Positions 1-9,159 of a stretch of DNA of 64,000 nucleotides are shown here, piece after piece. The notes beneath the pieces were generated by a model, which did not search any database, was not told where the DNA came from, and saw only the letters and a list, made by a program, of their open reading frames with translations. Position numbers and translations under genes: made by a program. This DNA is from a virus, in the IMG/VR virus record IMGVR_UViG_3300021961_000026, positions 32,001 through 96,000 of that record. One strand, given 5' to 3'. Position 1 is the stretch's first letter, and each line of letters starts with the position of its first letter.

Positions 1-2
1 CA

Positions 3-410
3 GTTCAAAAAGAAAAATTGCTTGTTCATGCATGTGCTGAAGGCCCTACTTCTGATGTGTTCTATCGAGGCAAGGCTAAAGCTATTAAGGGGCATTGTGA
101 AGTAATGCTCCCTGATTATTTTGAAGAATTAACAGAATTAGATGGCAGAACTATACAGATAACACCGATTTATGAAAAATTAGTTGATGATGAGGAATAT
201 TGTATAAGCGAAGTAGGAAACCTTGCAGTTAGTGAGATTGTAGATGGTAAATTTAATGTATGTTTTTCTGGGGGGTATTTGTCTGATGAGCAATATTTTT
301 ATTGGCGTGTTGATGCTATAAGGAAAAATACGTCTTTTGAAGTTGAACCATTAAGATCTGAAATGATAGTATCTGGTGACGGACCATATACATATGCGAT
401 AAGGAAATAA
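3..410 (+). CDS. C-terminal part of a tail-fibre-type protein (5'-truncated by window edge)
   Basis: Frame is open from position 3; the L.HAC.EGP...+YRG...LPDYF...G.GPY pattern is typical of phage fibre C-terminal domains. Confidence 0.55.
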   Translation, partial: VQKEKLLVHACAEGPTSDVFYRGKAKAIKGHCEVMLPDYFEELTELDGRTIQITPIYEKLVDDEEYCISEVGNLAVSEIVDGKFNVCFSGGYLSDEQYFYWRVDAIRKNTSFEVEPLRSEMIVSGDGPYTYAIRK

Positions 411-412
411 TA

Positions 413-673
413 ATGTCAAAATTTTTATATACATCTTATTCAAATGTGGATTCAGCTAACTTTGTAATTGCTACTCAGCATAGTGGCGGATTTCCAATAA
501 GAGGTGGTTTTAAAGATATAGAAGATGCAAAAAGAGTGTGTGACCCATATGTGATTGTTTTAATAGAAATCAAAAATGGTGCAATACAGGATGATGAAGT
601 AGATTTTCCAGATAATATGGAAATCTATAAAGTCGAAGATGTTTTATCGGTAAGAGTTTTAGAAGATGTATAA
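413..673 (+). CDS. hypothetical protein
   Basis: 86-aa ORF starting 2 nt after the previous stop. Confidence 0.6.
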   Translation: MSKFLYTSYSNVDSANFVIATQHSGGFPIRGGFKDIEDAKRVCDPYVIVLIEIKNGAIQDDEVDFPDNMEIYKVEDVLSVRVLEDV

Positions 674-678
674 TCATA

Positions 679-708
679 TTGCAAATTAGTTTTTTTAAAT
701 GATATAAT
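679..708 (+). promoter_or_regulatory. sigma70-type promoter (TTGCAA-18-TATAAT, extended -10 TG)
   Basis: Sequence match in the intergenic gap upstream of the 738 ORF. Confidence 0.5.
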
Positions 709-737
709 GTTTTTGAAAATTATTTTTTAGGAGAAAA

Positions 738-911
738 ATGCAAGATCAAAATTTAGATGTAAATATAGTGATTCAATCTTTTCAAGAAAAAGTTTCACAA
801 CTTATGATGGAAAATATTGTCAAAGATGCTACAATTAAGCAACTAGCTTCTAAAATAGAAGAGTTTGAAATGACATTAGTTGCAAAAAAGGAAAAACAAG
901 AAAATGAGTGA
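738..911 (+). CDS. small coiled-coil hypothetical protein (57 aa, not in ORF track)
   Basis: AGGAG SD then ATG738; MQDQNLDVNIVIQSFQEKVSQLMMENIVKDATIKQL...; stop overlaps next gene. Confidence 0.7.
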   Translation: MQDQNLDVNIVIQSFQEKVSQLMMENIVKDATIKQLASKIEEFEMTLVAKKEKQENE

Positions 912-1098
912 AGTAATCGAAGTTAACGAATCAACACAAGAGCCGAAGAAAGATCTTATTGTTGAGATTAAGATTAGTGACAAAAATCTTTCATACAGAA
1001 GTGATTTTAGTGAAGCTGAAACAATCTTTTGGCTAGAGGCAGTTAAAGATCTTATTCTTAAGAATACATTTAATAGAGCTGGAATAGAAGAACAGTAA
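904..1098 (+). CDS. hypothetical protein
   Basis: Likely start ATG904 (MSEVIEV), coupled to the upstream ORF. Confidence 0.65.
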   Translation: MSEVIEVNESTQEPKKDLIVEIKISDKNLSYRSDFSEAETIFWLEAVKDLILKNTFNRAGIEEQ

Positions 1099-1159
1099 CT
1101 TATAAAAAATGTACTAAATAAGTACTATTTTTATATATTTATATACATGGAGCTCTGGT

Positions 1160-2821
1160 ATGCCTTTAGCTGATTATATACCTTTTAGGTCTATTGACAA
1201 CATCCCACAAAATAATGCTATAGCTAGAACTATTAGTGGAGATGATGTAAAAAGCGTTTCTAAAACAATGAAAGTCGCTGCCTTAGCTTTAGGCTATCAG
1301 GGTACCAACTATTTTTATACTGGTAGAAGTAATTTTGAACCAGCACCCTATGATTTTGAAAGAATAATTCAAGCTGTTGATACAGATTCTTATGTAAAAC
1401 AAGCTACTTCTAAATATAAAGAATTATTTTGGAAAGAAGGCTGGGAAATAGTTGGTGAAAATCCAGACGCTGTTGCCTACCTTTATCAAAGAATTGATTT
1501 TATGGAAATGGCAATGAAGAGGCCATTTCTTGATTTCTTAATAGAAGTATCAGATCAGCTATTTAAATTCTGTAATGCTTTTATTGTAAAAGCTAGAGGA
1601 GATATCTCTGAGTATTTTCCAGAAACACTTACTCCAGTTTCTGCAACTCAGCCAGTTATTGGATATTATTTGATCCCTACTGAACAAGTAAGAATTCTAA
1701 GAGATAAATACAATAGACCAAAATCTTATCAGCAAGCTACAGATCCCTTAACATATTCACCAACTGACAGAGATCCAGTTTGGGCAGCAGACCGTGTTAT
1801 TCATATGTTTTTTGACAAAAAGACTGGAAGAGCATTTGGTACTCCATTTTTAGGAAATGTTCTAGATGACATTATTGCCTTGCGTCAAATAGAAGAAGAC
1901 GTACAAAACTTAGTGCATAGAGAATTATTCCCACTCTACAAATATAGAATTGGCACTGCAGAACAGCCAGCAGAACCAGATGAAATAGACAACGCTGCTA
2001 TAGAAATTGAAAACCTAAGAGCAGAGGGTGGTTTAATACTTCCATACAGACATGACATTGAGGTTATTGGCGCTGGAAATACAGCACTTGATGCTACATC
2101 ATACTTAGAGCATTTTAAAGAAAGAGTTGCAGTTGGCCTCGGATTAGCCCCCCATCACCTTGGAATGAGCATGAATGGTGGGAATAGATCTATGACAGAT
2201 AGATTGGATACGGCTCTTTACGATAAGATAAAACAATATCAAAAACTCTTTGCGGAGATGGTTCGTGTTCATATATTTAATGAACTTTTGTTTGAAGGCG
2301 GATTTGATCCAATTGCAAATCCAATTGAAGATGGAATTTCAGATAGATGCTATTTTAAATTTAATGAAATAGATGTTGATACTCAAGTTAAAAAAGAAAC
2401 ACATATCATACAGAAATATACAAACTCTGTAATCACATTAACTGAGGCAAGAACTGCACTAGGGATGGATCCAGAAGCGGATGAAGAAGGCTTATTTTCC
2501 GCTATGCAATCTAAGCTTCAAATAGATATGGCAAAGGCACAATCAGATATAGCAAGCAAAAATGTCCCAGAACCAAAAGCTGATTCTTCTGACAAACAAA
2601 ACTCTGCAACTACGGGCCAAAGAAATCTTCCAAATAATAGAAGAGGAGTAGGAAATACTATCCGTCCAGCAAATCAACAAGGGCGCAAAACTTCTCCAGA
2701 TATTAGAAGATCAGACTTATCATGGTTAAGTGTAATTGAAAATCTGCTTGAATCAGACTATACTGTAGTCTATACAGACGAGCAGAAAGAAAATAATAAT
2801 GGCATTGGAATTAAAGACTGA
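1160..2821 (+). CDS. portal protein
   Basis: 553 aa; FGTPFL..VLDDIIALRQIEE, LYKYRIGT, ITLTEARTALGMDP motifs; first gene of head module. Confidence 0.85.
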   Translation: MPLADYIPFRSIDNIPQNNAIARTISGDDVKSVSKTMKVAALALGYQGTNYFYTGRSNFEPAPYDFERIIQAVDTDSYVKQATSKYKELFWKEGWEIVGENPDAVAYLYQRIDFMEMAMKRPFLDFLIEVSDQLFKFCNAFIVKARGDISEYFPETLTPVSATQPVIGYYLIPTEQVRILRDKYNRPKSYQQATDPLTYSPTDRDPVWAADRVIHMFFDKKTGRAFGTPFLGNVLDDIIALRQIEEDVQNLVHRELFPLYKYRIGTAEQPAEPDEIDNAAIEIENLRAEGGLILPYRHDIEVIGAGNTALDATSYLEHFKERVAVGLGLAPHHLGMSMNGGNRSMTDRLDTALYDKIKQYQKLFAEMVRVHIFNELLFEGGFDPIANPIEDGISDRCYFKFNEIDVDTQVKKETHIIQKYTNSVITLTEARTALGMDPEADEEGLFSAMQSKLQIDMAKAQSDIASKNVPEPKADSSDKQNSATTGQRNLPNNRRGVGNTIRPANQQGRKTSPDIRRSDLSWLSVIENLLESDYTVVYTDEQKENNNGIGIKD

Positions 2822-3158
2822 TATTAATATTCCCTATCTTGACACCGAAGATGCTTTTGAGATCTTTGAAACAGTAGTTCAAAATGGTCAAACGCGCCTA
2901 GCACTAGAAGTTCTTGTTGATATTATGGTTGCGCTTTTAAATAAAGTCAATGAACTTGACGAAGCAGTTTCAGAAATTGTTTCATTTTTGTCCGAAGATT
3001 CAGAGCCTCAAGCTCAAGAATCAGTTGATCAATCAAAGGTTGAGGTAAAGACCGAAACGCCAATTGAAGAAGAGCATCCCAAAGAAAAAGAAACTAAGGT
3101 AGAGGCTCCAGCACCGAAGCAAAAAATCAAAAAAGAAGAAACTGAATCAAAAGAATAA
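2799..3158 (+). CDS. hypothetical protein, acidic/charged C-terminus
   Basis: 119-aa ORF overlapping the portal 3' end. Confidence 0.65.
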   Translation: MALELKTDINIPYLDTEDAFEIFETVVQNGQTRLALEVLVDIMVALLNKVNELDEAVSEIVSFLSEDSEPQAQESVDQSKVEVKTETPIEEEHPKEKETKVEAPAPKQKIKKEETESKE

Positions 3159-3159
3159 A

Positions 3160-3939
3160 ATGAAACTTATAATAGGATGCCCAATTTATAAAAGAGATTG
3201 GATTATTCATCATTGGATTAAGTCTCTATTAAAACAGTCAATTGATCTTTCAGATGTTGGTTTTGTTTTTGAAACATCGCCAGACGATTTGTCTACGGTG
3301 CATTCTTTATCAACTTGGAAAAATATGGACAAAAGAATTCCATTATTTTTAATAAATGAAAGAACAGATATTCCTCATTTTTCCCATGATGATAATACAA
3401 GACAATGGACAATCTCAAAATATCATAATATGGTTTCTCTAAGAAATTCAATTTTAAAAACTGTTAGAGAATATCAACCAGATTATTACCTGAGCCTTGA
3501 TTCTGATATTTTGCTAGAGAATCCAAATACCATAGAATTATTAATAGCTCATATTAATTCTGGCGCAGATGCTGTTAGCCCATTAATGTTTATGACTCCA
3601 GTTGGAACTAACTTCCCTAGTGTCATGACATGGAAAGATAGTTTCCACGATAAGGCATATAGGCAGCAGTCATATCCTATTGGAACTTATTTTAAATCCG
3701 ACATTATTATGGCAGCAAAGATGATGTCTAAAGATGTCTATAACAATGTTGACTACGAGTTTCATTCTCAAGGGGAAGATCTAGGATGGTGCAGAAATGC
3801 CCACAAAAAGGGCTTTAGTCTTTATTCTGCTTCCTATATTTATGCCCCCCATATAATGGGTCAAACTATGTTAGATTTTTATTTAAAAAATGGTGACGAT
3901 AGAATTAAGCTTACACTTGAAAACTATAATAAAGTCTGA
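3160..3939 (+). CDS. GT-A fold glycosyltransferase
   Basis: IIGCPIYKR N-terminus, DYYLSLDSDILLENP (DxD), GEDLGWC motif. Confidence 0.8.
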   Translation: MKLIIGCPIYKRDWIIHHWIKSLLKQSIDLSDVGFVFETSPDDLSTVHSLSTWKNMDKRIPLFLINERTDIPHFSHDDNTRQWTISKYHNMVSLRNSILKTVREYQPDYYLSLDSDILLENPNTIELLIAHINSGADAVSPLMFMTPVGTNFPSVMTWKDSFHDKAYRQQSYPIGTYFKSDIIMAAKMMSKDVYNNVDYEFHSQGEDLGWCRNAHKKGFSLYSASYIYAPHIMGQTMLDFYLKNGDDRIKLTLENYNKV

Positions 3940-4018
3940 TATATTTATATAAAATTGTTCAATGTTATAAAAACAAATTTACTATAGTCTAAGAATAAGA
4001 TATAAAAAGGAAAAAAAA

Positions 4019-5603
4019 ATGTCTTTTGATTTTGTAGAGAACTTTACAGTTCAACTGCCTAATTTTGCAGATTCAAATTATGATTTCTCTGAGGCATTTA
4101 ACTCAAAGCATGGATTAATTATTGAAGTTGCTGCAATCCACGAACGGACTAACTGCCAACTACAATAACTACTCATCAGCTGAGTTAGAAAGAGCTCTCC
4201 AATCTTGGGTTGAGCCTTATCCTAAACCAATTATCCTCAATCATGATCTTAACTCAGAACCAATTGGTAGAGTTATGGCTGCAAGAATGGATAAGGAAGC
4301 TGATGGATCTTCATACGTTAGATTACAGATTGCAATCACTGATCCAGTCGCTGCACAAAAAGTAGCAGATAAAAGGTATCTTACCGGTTCAGTTGGAGGA
4401 AGAGCTGCAAAAGCAGTTTGCTCAATTTCTGGAGAAGATCTAGCACAAGAAGATGCTAACGGAAGACCAAGAGTTCCCAAATATAAAAGGGGATCAGTTT
4501 ACAAGGGCAAAGTTGCATACATTGATATGCAAGATATTTCCTTTAAAGAATATTCTTTTGTAAATCAGCCAGCAGACCAGCGATCTGGCGTAAGAAATGC
4601 AAAGTCTGGTGATGGCGCAGCAGTTACTGATTCTGAGAATTGGGTAGCAAGAAGCACAGCGTTCGTTCTTCATATGGATAGTGAAGATATAGTTTCTTTG
4701 GAAGAGAATGAATCTATTCTAAAGAATATGAAAAAGAAAGAATCTAAGCCAATTTATTTGCACCTCAAAGGTGCCTTTTTGACAGCTCTTGCTTTGCAAG
4801 AGAGTGAAACTAGTAATAATAAGGCCTCATCATTACTATCTAGTGAAGATTCTGTAAAAAACAACTCTGAGGAGAATAATAACATGGAAGATGTTATTGA
4901 AAAAGAAGACATTCTTGCCGTAGCCGAAGGCTTAAGTGAGGATCTTTCTAACATCGCAGCAGGAAATGCTAGCGAAGATGCAGAAAAAGCAGAGGAAAGC
5001 TCTGAAACTGCACGTGAAGCCTCAGAAGAGGCTAATGAGAACTCTGATGACGATTCAGAAAAAGCGGATGAACAGGCTGAAGAAGTTGTTGATTCCGAGG
5101 AAGCTGAAGAGCCAAAAGAGTCATCTGATGAAAAAACAGCATCAGATGATGAACCAAAAGAGTCTGCTGAGCAAGCCGATGAACTCAATGCGGATAAAGC
5201 TGATGACGTTGAGCAAGATACTGCACAGCAAGATGAAATCATCAAGACTCTCGAGGATGAAAATGCTCGTCTCAAGGCAGCATTGCACAAGACCCTAGCT
5301 GAAAGAGTCGTAGACACAAAGATTGGTCTAGGCCTCGAATCTGCAGAAGAAAGAGAAAATCTTATTGAGGATCATGTAAAGAGAACTGCTTCTTCTTTAG
5401 CTGATTCAATGAGAGATCTTGCAAAGCTGCCCGCAGCTTCAAAGAGATCAGTTTCTGTTCCAACAATTGAATCTGAGCTTACTGTTAGTGAAGAAGAAAA
5501 TGTTGTAACAATTGACGCAGAAGTTTCAGAAAAGGTTGAGTCTGATGAAGACGCCTTGGAAAAGCTTTTCGTAGATGCCCTCATGGGTAGACGTAAACTC
5601 TAA
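4019..5603 (+). CDS. prohead protease with acidic scaffold C-terminus; joined by +1 frameshift at 4145 (about 527 aa)
   Basis: ATG4019 preceded by AAGG and a TACTAT motif; AAIHE|GLTANYN after skipping C4145; PIILNHD, GSVGG, EYSFVNQPAD protease motifs; D/E-rich tail. Confidence 0.85.
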
Positions 5604-5632
5604 TTATCAAATAAATAAGGAGATATAAAAAA

Positions 5633-6406
5633 ATGAGTTTAGCAAAATTCCGCAAGGTAGGTACAAAGACTGGTTCAGGTCGCTTTGTAGTTTCTGAGGG
5701 TATTGCCCCAGCAGCTTATTTGCTTCCACACCCAGGTCTTCCAACTTGGTACTTTGACAGTGAAGATGATCGTTTTGAGATTGTCATCACAAAGGGTACC
5801 ATTCTTTCAGTTGTCGCTGATTCAAACGGCGATGCAAGAATTGTTCCAGCAAATGGTACCAGCTCATCAAAGAGCTGGGGCGACTCAATGCCATCAACCT
5901 GGGACCCACTAGATGGCGCAACTCCAAACTATAGCTCGGGTGCAACTGACACAGTCAGCGTTCCAGCTAGATCAATTCCAATTGGTGTTGCACAGTATGA
6001 CCTCTATCGTCCCTTTGACAAGGGCACCTCACAGGGTGCTGGCTTCATTACCCATGGTTATGTTGAGTATCCAATGGTTTCTGGAGTTAACGCAGATGTT
6101 ACCGTTGGTAGCGTTGTTCGTTCAGACGTAATGGGTCGTCCAGTCCTTGCAGCTGCAAGTGACTTCTACGACAGCAGCGCAGTCTATGCCTACCTCCAGG
6201 TTGGCAAGGTTGTTGAGGTTGAAAAGTTTGCAACCAACTTCGATGATGGCTTGCTTTCATATATGCAGCTTCCATCAGATCCAGGTGCACTTAAGACAGT
6301 GTACGAACTTACCCGTGCAGGAAGCTTCTCAGGTAAGCTAGGCATTCGTTCAAACCTGGACGTTAACAATGTTATTGGCGCATTCCGCGTCAATTTAACA
6401 ATATAA
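5633..6406 (+). CDS. capsid decoration / minor head protein
   Basis: Strong AGGAG SD, strongly biased codon usage, lies between protease and major capsid protein. Confidence 0.65.
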   Translation: MSLAKFRKVGTKTGSGRFVVSEGIAPAAYLLPHPGLPTWYFDSEDDRFEIVITKGTILSVVADSNGDARIVPANGTSSSKSWGDSMPSTWDPLDGATPNYSSGATDTVSVPARSIPIGVAQYDLYRPFDKGTSQGAGFITHGYVEYPMVSGVNADVTVGSVVRSDVMGRPVLAAASDFYDSSAVYAYLQVGKVVEVEKFATNFDDGLLSYMQLPSDPGALKTVYELTRAGSFSGKLGIRSNLDVNNVIGAFRVNLTI

Positions 6407-6434
6407 AAAAGATAACAGGAGGAATAATCCTAAG

Positions 6435-7493
6435 ATGAGTAAGACAATCCAAGAACTCCTCTCAGGTCTCCCAGCTTGGGAAACCGCATTGGCTGAGGAC
6501 GGGTACATCGATGGAGACAACAGAGTAACGATTAAGGAAGCTTTTGCATCACCAGATGCAGCAGCGTTGTTCCCCAAGGTTATCTCTCGTACTCTGAAGG
6601 AAGCTGCAGAGCCACAATTACTTGTGACTCCACTTCTTTCAACAGTTCGCCTTGGCAAGGGGCGCTCCTTGGAGTTTCCAGCAGTCAATGCAATTCAAGC
6701 TGCAGAGATTCCTGAAGGTCAGGAATACCCAGAGCAAGCACTCGCCTTCGCAAAGCAGGTAGAGGGCAAAGTTTCAAAGAAAGGTGTAAAGCTTGCTTTC
6801 ACCGAAGAAGTCATCGCTGACTCACTTTGGGACATTGTCGGTCTACATGTCCGCGCTGCAGGCCGTGCTATGGCTCGTCTGAAAGAGCAAATTGCACTAA
6901 GCCGTTTCAAAGATGCTGCAACAATCGTCTTTGACAACGACAGTGGTTCATACGATGATACAACCGGTCGTGACATCAATGGCGCTGCCAATTTGACCGT
7001 CACCTGGGATGACATCGTTGACATGGCTGCTGTACTAATGGCTGAAAATCATGTTCCAACCGACTTCATTCTTCACCCACTCATGTGGTCGATCTTCCTT
7101 AAGGATAGCATCTTCCACGCCGGTGGTGCAGCATCAGCAGTTGGTACTAGCTGGGGCTATCGTCCCCAGTCACCAGAGGCAGCACTCAATGCTACCGCTC
7201 CAATGGGTCTAAATGTGCTCGTTTCACCATTCGTAAGCTTTACAGCTAAGAGTGGCGCAACAGCAGCTAAGTCAGACCTTTTCTTGATTGACCGCAACGA
7301 GGTTGGTACACTCCTCGTTAAGGATGACATGAGCACTGATCAATTCGATGATCCAAGCCGTGACATTCGTTCAATGAAGATGAAAGAGCGTTATGACATC
7401 GTGATGCTTGGTGACGGTGAAGGTATCACTGTTGCAAAGAACGTTAGACTTGCTCGTAACTACGACGTTCAAGTTACCAACGAAATGGCCTAA
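6435..7493 (+). CDS. major capsid protein (HK97 fold)
   Basis: 352 aa; AEIPEGQEYP, KKGVKLAFTEEVIADS, MKERYD motifs; AGGAGG SD; followed by terminator. Confidence 0.9.
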   Translation: MSKTIQELLSGLPAWETALAEDGYIDGDNRVTIKEAFASPDAAALFPKVISRTLKEAAEPQLLVTPLLSTVRLGKGRSLEFPAVNAIQAAEIPEGQEYPEQALAFAKQVEGKVSKKGVKLAFTEEVIADSLWDIVGLHVRAAGRAMARLKEQIALSRFKDAATIVFDNDSGSYDDTTGRDINGAANLTVTWDDIVDMAAVLMAENHVPTDFILHPLMWSIFLKDSIFHAGGAASAVGTSWGYRPQSPEAALNATAPMGLNVLVSPFVSFTAKSGATAAKSDLFLIDRNEVGTLLVKDDMSTDQFDDPSRDIRSMKMKERYDIVMLGDGEGITVAKNVRLARNYDVQVTNEMA

Positions 7494-7533
7494 TAAGCCT
7501 TAGGGCGTTATAGTTACGAACACCCTGGTGATT

Positions 7534-7568
7534 GGGGGGCGGAAGATTAAATTCTACCGCCCCCCTTT
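7534..7568 (+). terminator. Rho-independent terminator after major capsid gene
   Basis: GGGGGCGG...CCGCCCCC stem followed by TTT. Confidence 0.75.
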
Positions 7569-7627
7569 CGCATATTTGCTATCTAGTTGTTACTATAAAC
7601 TAAGAGATTTTTTTGGGAGAATGTTGA

Positions 7628-8395
7628 ATGGCCCTATTTTTAATTGATCAGGCAAAAGTAAATGTTTATAGTGTATCGATTAAATTTGGTAGAACAGTAA
7701 AAGTTACTTCACTTAAAAATGAAAATTTTAAAGTCTACAAAGATGTTGCTACCCCAGTTTTAGTTAGTGCTCCATTTGACACTATAGATACAATTAAAGA
7801 TTATAATCAAATTTCTAGAACTCTTACTTTATATTGGAGAACAACTCTAGAAAATAATCAAGATTATTATATTGATGTAGTCAGTTTAGTTGATGCATCC
7901 GGCTCTGTAGTTACTTCTGAGAAGGTTACATTTACCTATGTAACTTCAGCTACACCCAGTACCGAAGACTATAGAACTCCAATATTAAGTCCTGTTCTCA
8001 TTGAAGATAAATCAATAAAAACTGATATAGATATAAGTTATCAAGTTTTAGCTAAAAACCCTAAATTTTACATTGATTCTGTAGACCCAGGGAATGGTTC
8101 ATTCTATATTGAAAATAATTTCAATAACGGAAGAGCAATAATAATATTTAATGAAAGACCAGCTTCAAACTTTTTAAGCAATAGATATTTTATAGTTCAA
8201 AGAAAAAAGATACAAAAAGCTCCTTCTAGATGGGAAAATCTAACTACGAATGTCTCGATGCACTCGTGGAAACCGGAAGTTTACATAGATTTTCCTTCAC
8301 TCGACGCAACACCATCTTTTTTTGCTGACAATAAAGATTATTTTGAAAAAGGTTATAAATACAGAATAACTGTATCTAAAGATATAGGTATATAA
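7628..8395 (+). CDS. virion structural protein with Ig-like beta domains
   Basis: Beta-rich 255 aa; IDSVDP.NG...IIFNE...YKYRITVSKDI resembles Ig-like domains. Confidence 0.5.
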   Translation: MALFLIDQAKVNVYSVSIKFGRTVKVTSLKNENFKVYKDVATPVLVSAPFDTIDTIKDYNQISRTLTLYWRTTLENNQDYYIDVVSLVDASGSVVTSEKVTFTYVTSATPSTEDYRTPILSPVLIEDKSIKTDIDISYQVLAKNPKFYIDSVDPGNGSFYIENNFNNGRAIIIFNERPASNFLSNRYFIVQRKKIQKAPSRWENLTTNVSMHSWKPEVYIDFPSLDATPSFFADNKDYFEKGYKYRITVSKDIGI

Positions 8396-8397
8396 GA

Positions 8398-8811
8398 ATG
8401 GCCAATTTCATTTATAATAAAGCAAAAGAATCAATGCTTTCAGGATTAATAAATTTATCAACAAAAAAAATTAGAGCTCTTTTAATTAATAACTCTTTAT
8501 ATAGTCCAAATATAAATTCTGATCAATACGTATCACAAATACCAGTTTCTGCTATTAAGAAAAGATCAGGTGATTTAGACAATGTTACATTTTCACTTGG
8601 AGTGGTTGATGCAAGTGATCTAATAATAGCAGATCATGATGGATCTGCATTTAATTCAATTATTTGTTATCAAGTAGGCACTTCGGATTCTGATGCTATA
8701 TTGCTATTTTACATAGATACAGCAGTTGGGCTGCCCTTCTCTGGGTCTAATACTGAATTGCCAGTCACCATAATATGGGATAATGGTGCAAATAAAATAA
8801 TAGCTTTATAG
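8398..8811 (+). CDS. virion structural protein
   Basis: MANFIYNKAKE...LLFYIDTAVGLP...TIIWDNGANKI pattern common in phage structural modules. Confidence 0.55.
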   Translation: MANFIYNKAKESMLSGLINLSTKKIRALLINNSLYSPNINSDQYVSQIPVSAIKKRSGDLDNVTFSLGVVDASDLIIADHDGSAFNSIICYQVGTSDSDAILLFYIDTAVGLPFSGSNTELPVTIIWDNGANKIIAL

Positions 8812-8818
8812 GAGAAAA

Positions 8819-9157
8819 ATGGCCACACAATATCCTAACTCATTAGATAATTTCATTAATCCAACTGCTACAGATACATTAAATTCTGGTACCGTACCGC
8901 ACGCTGATCAGCATGCAAATCTCAATGATGCTGTTGAAGCAATTCAAACTGTAATGGGACTAAATCCAGCTGGTGCACATCTAACAGTTAAGGACAGAAT
9001 AATCTATGCAGAAGCACAAATTAGTAATCAATCTGTTCTCAATGGCTTAACCGATGTTACTATTGCAACAGTAAATAGTGGCGATGTTTTGCGCTATAAC
9101 GGAACCCAATGGGTAAATTACTCTGAAGAAAATTTAGTTGATGGAGGAAACTTCTAA
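8819..9157 (+). CDS. small fibre-associated protein
   Basis: MATQYPNSLD, HANLNDAVEAIQ, LTDVTI...GDVLRYNGTQWVN repeat, C-terminal DGGNF. Confidence 0.6.
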   Translation: MATQYPNSLDNFINPTATDTLNSGTVPHADQHANLNDAVEAIQTVMGLNPAGAHLTVKDRIIYAEAQISNQSVLNGLTDVTIATVNSGDVLRYNGTQWVNYSEENLVDGGNF

Positions 9158-9159
9158 AA

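Noticed and set aside
7502-7526. Extra hairpin (AGGGCGTT...AACACCCT) before the capsid terminator as an ncRNA
   Set aside because: Short and imperfect; adequately explained as 3'-UTR structure.
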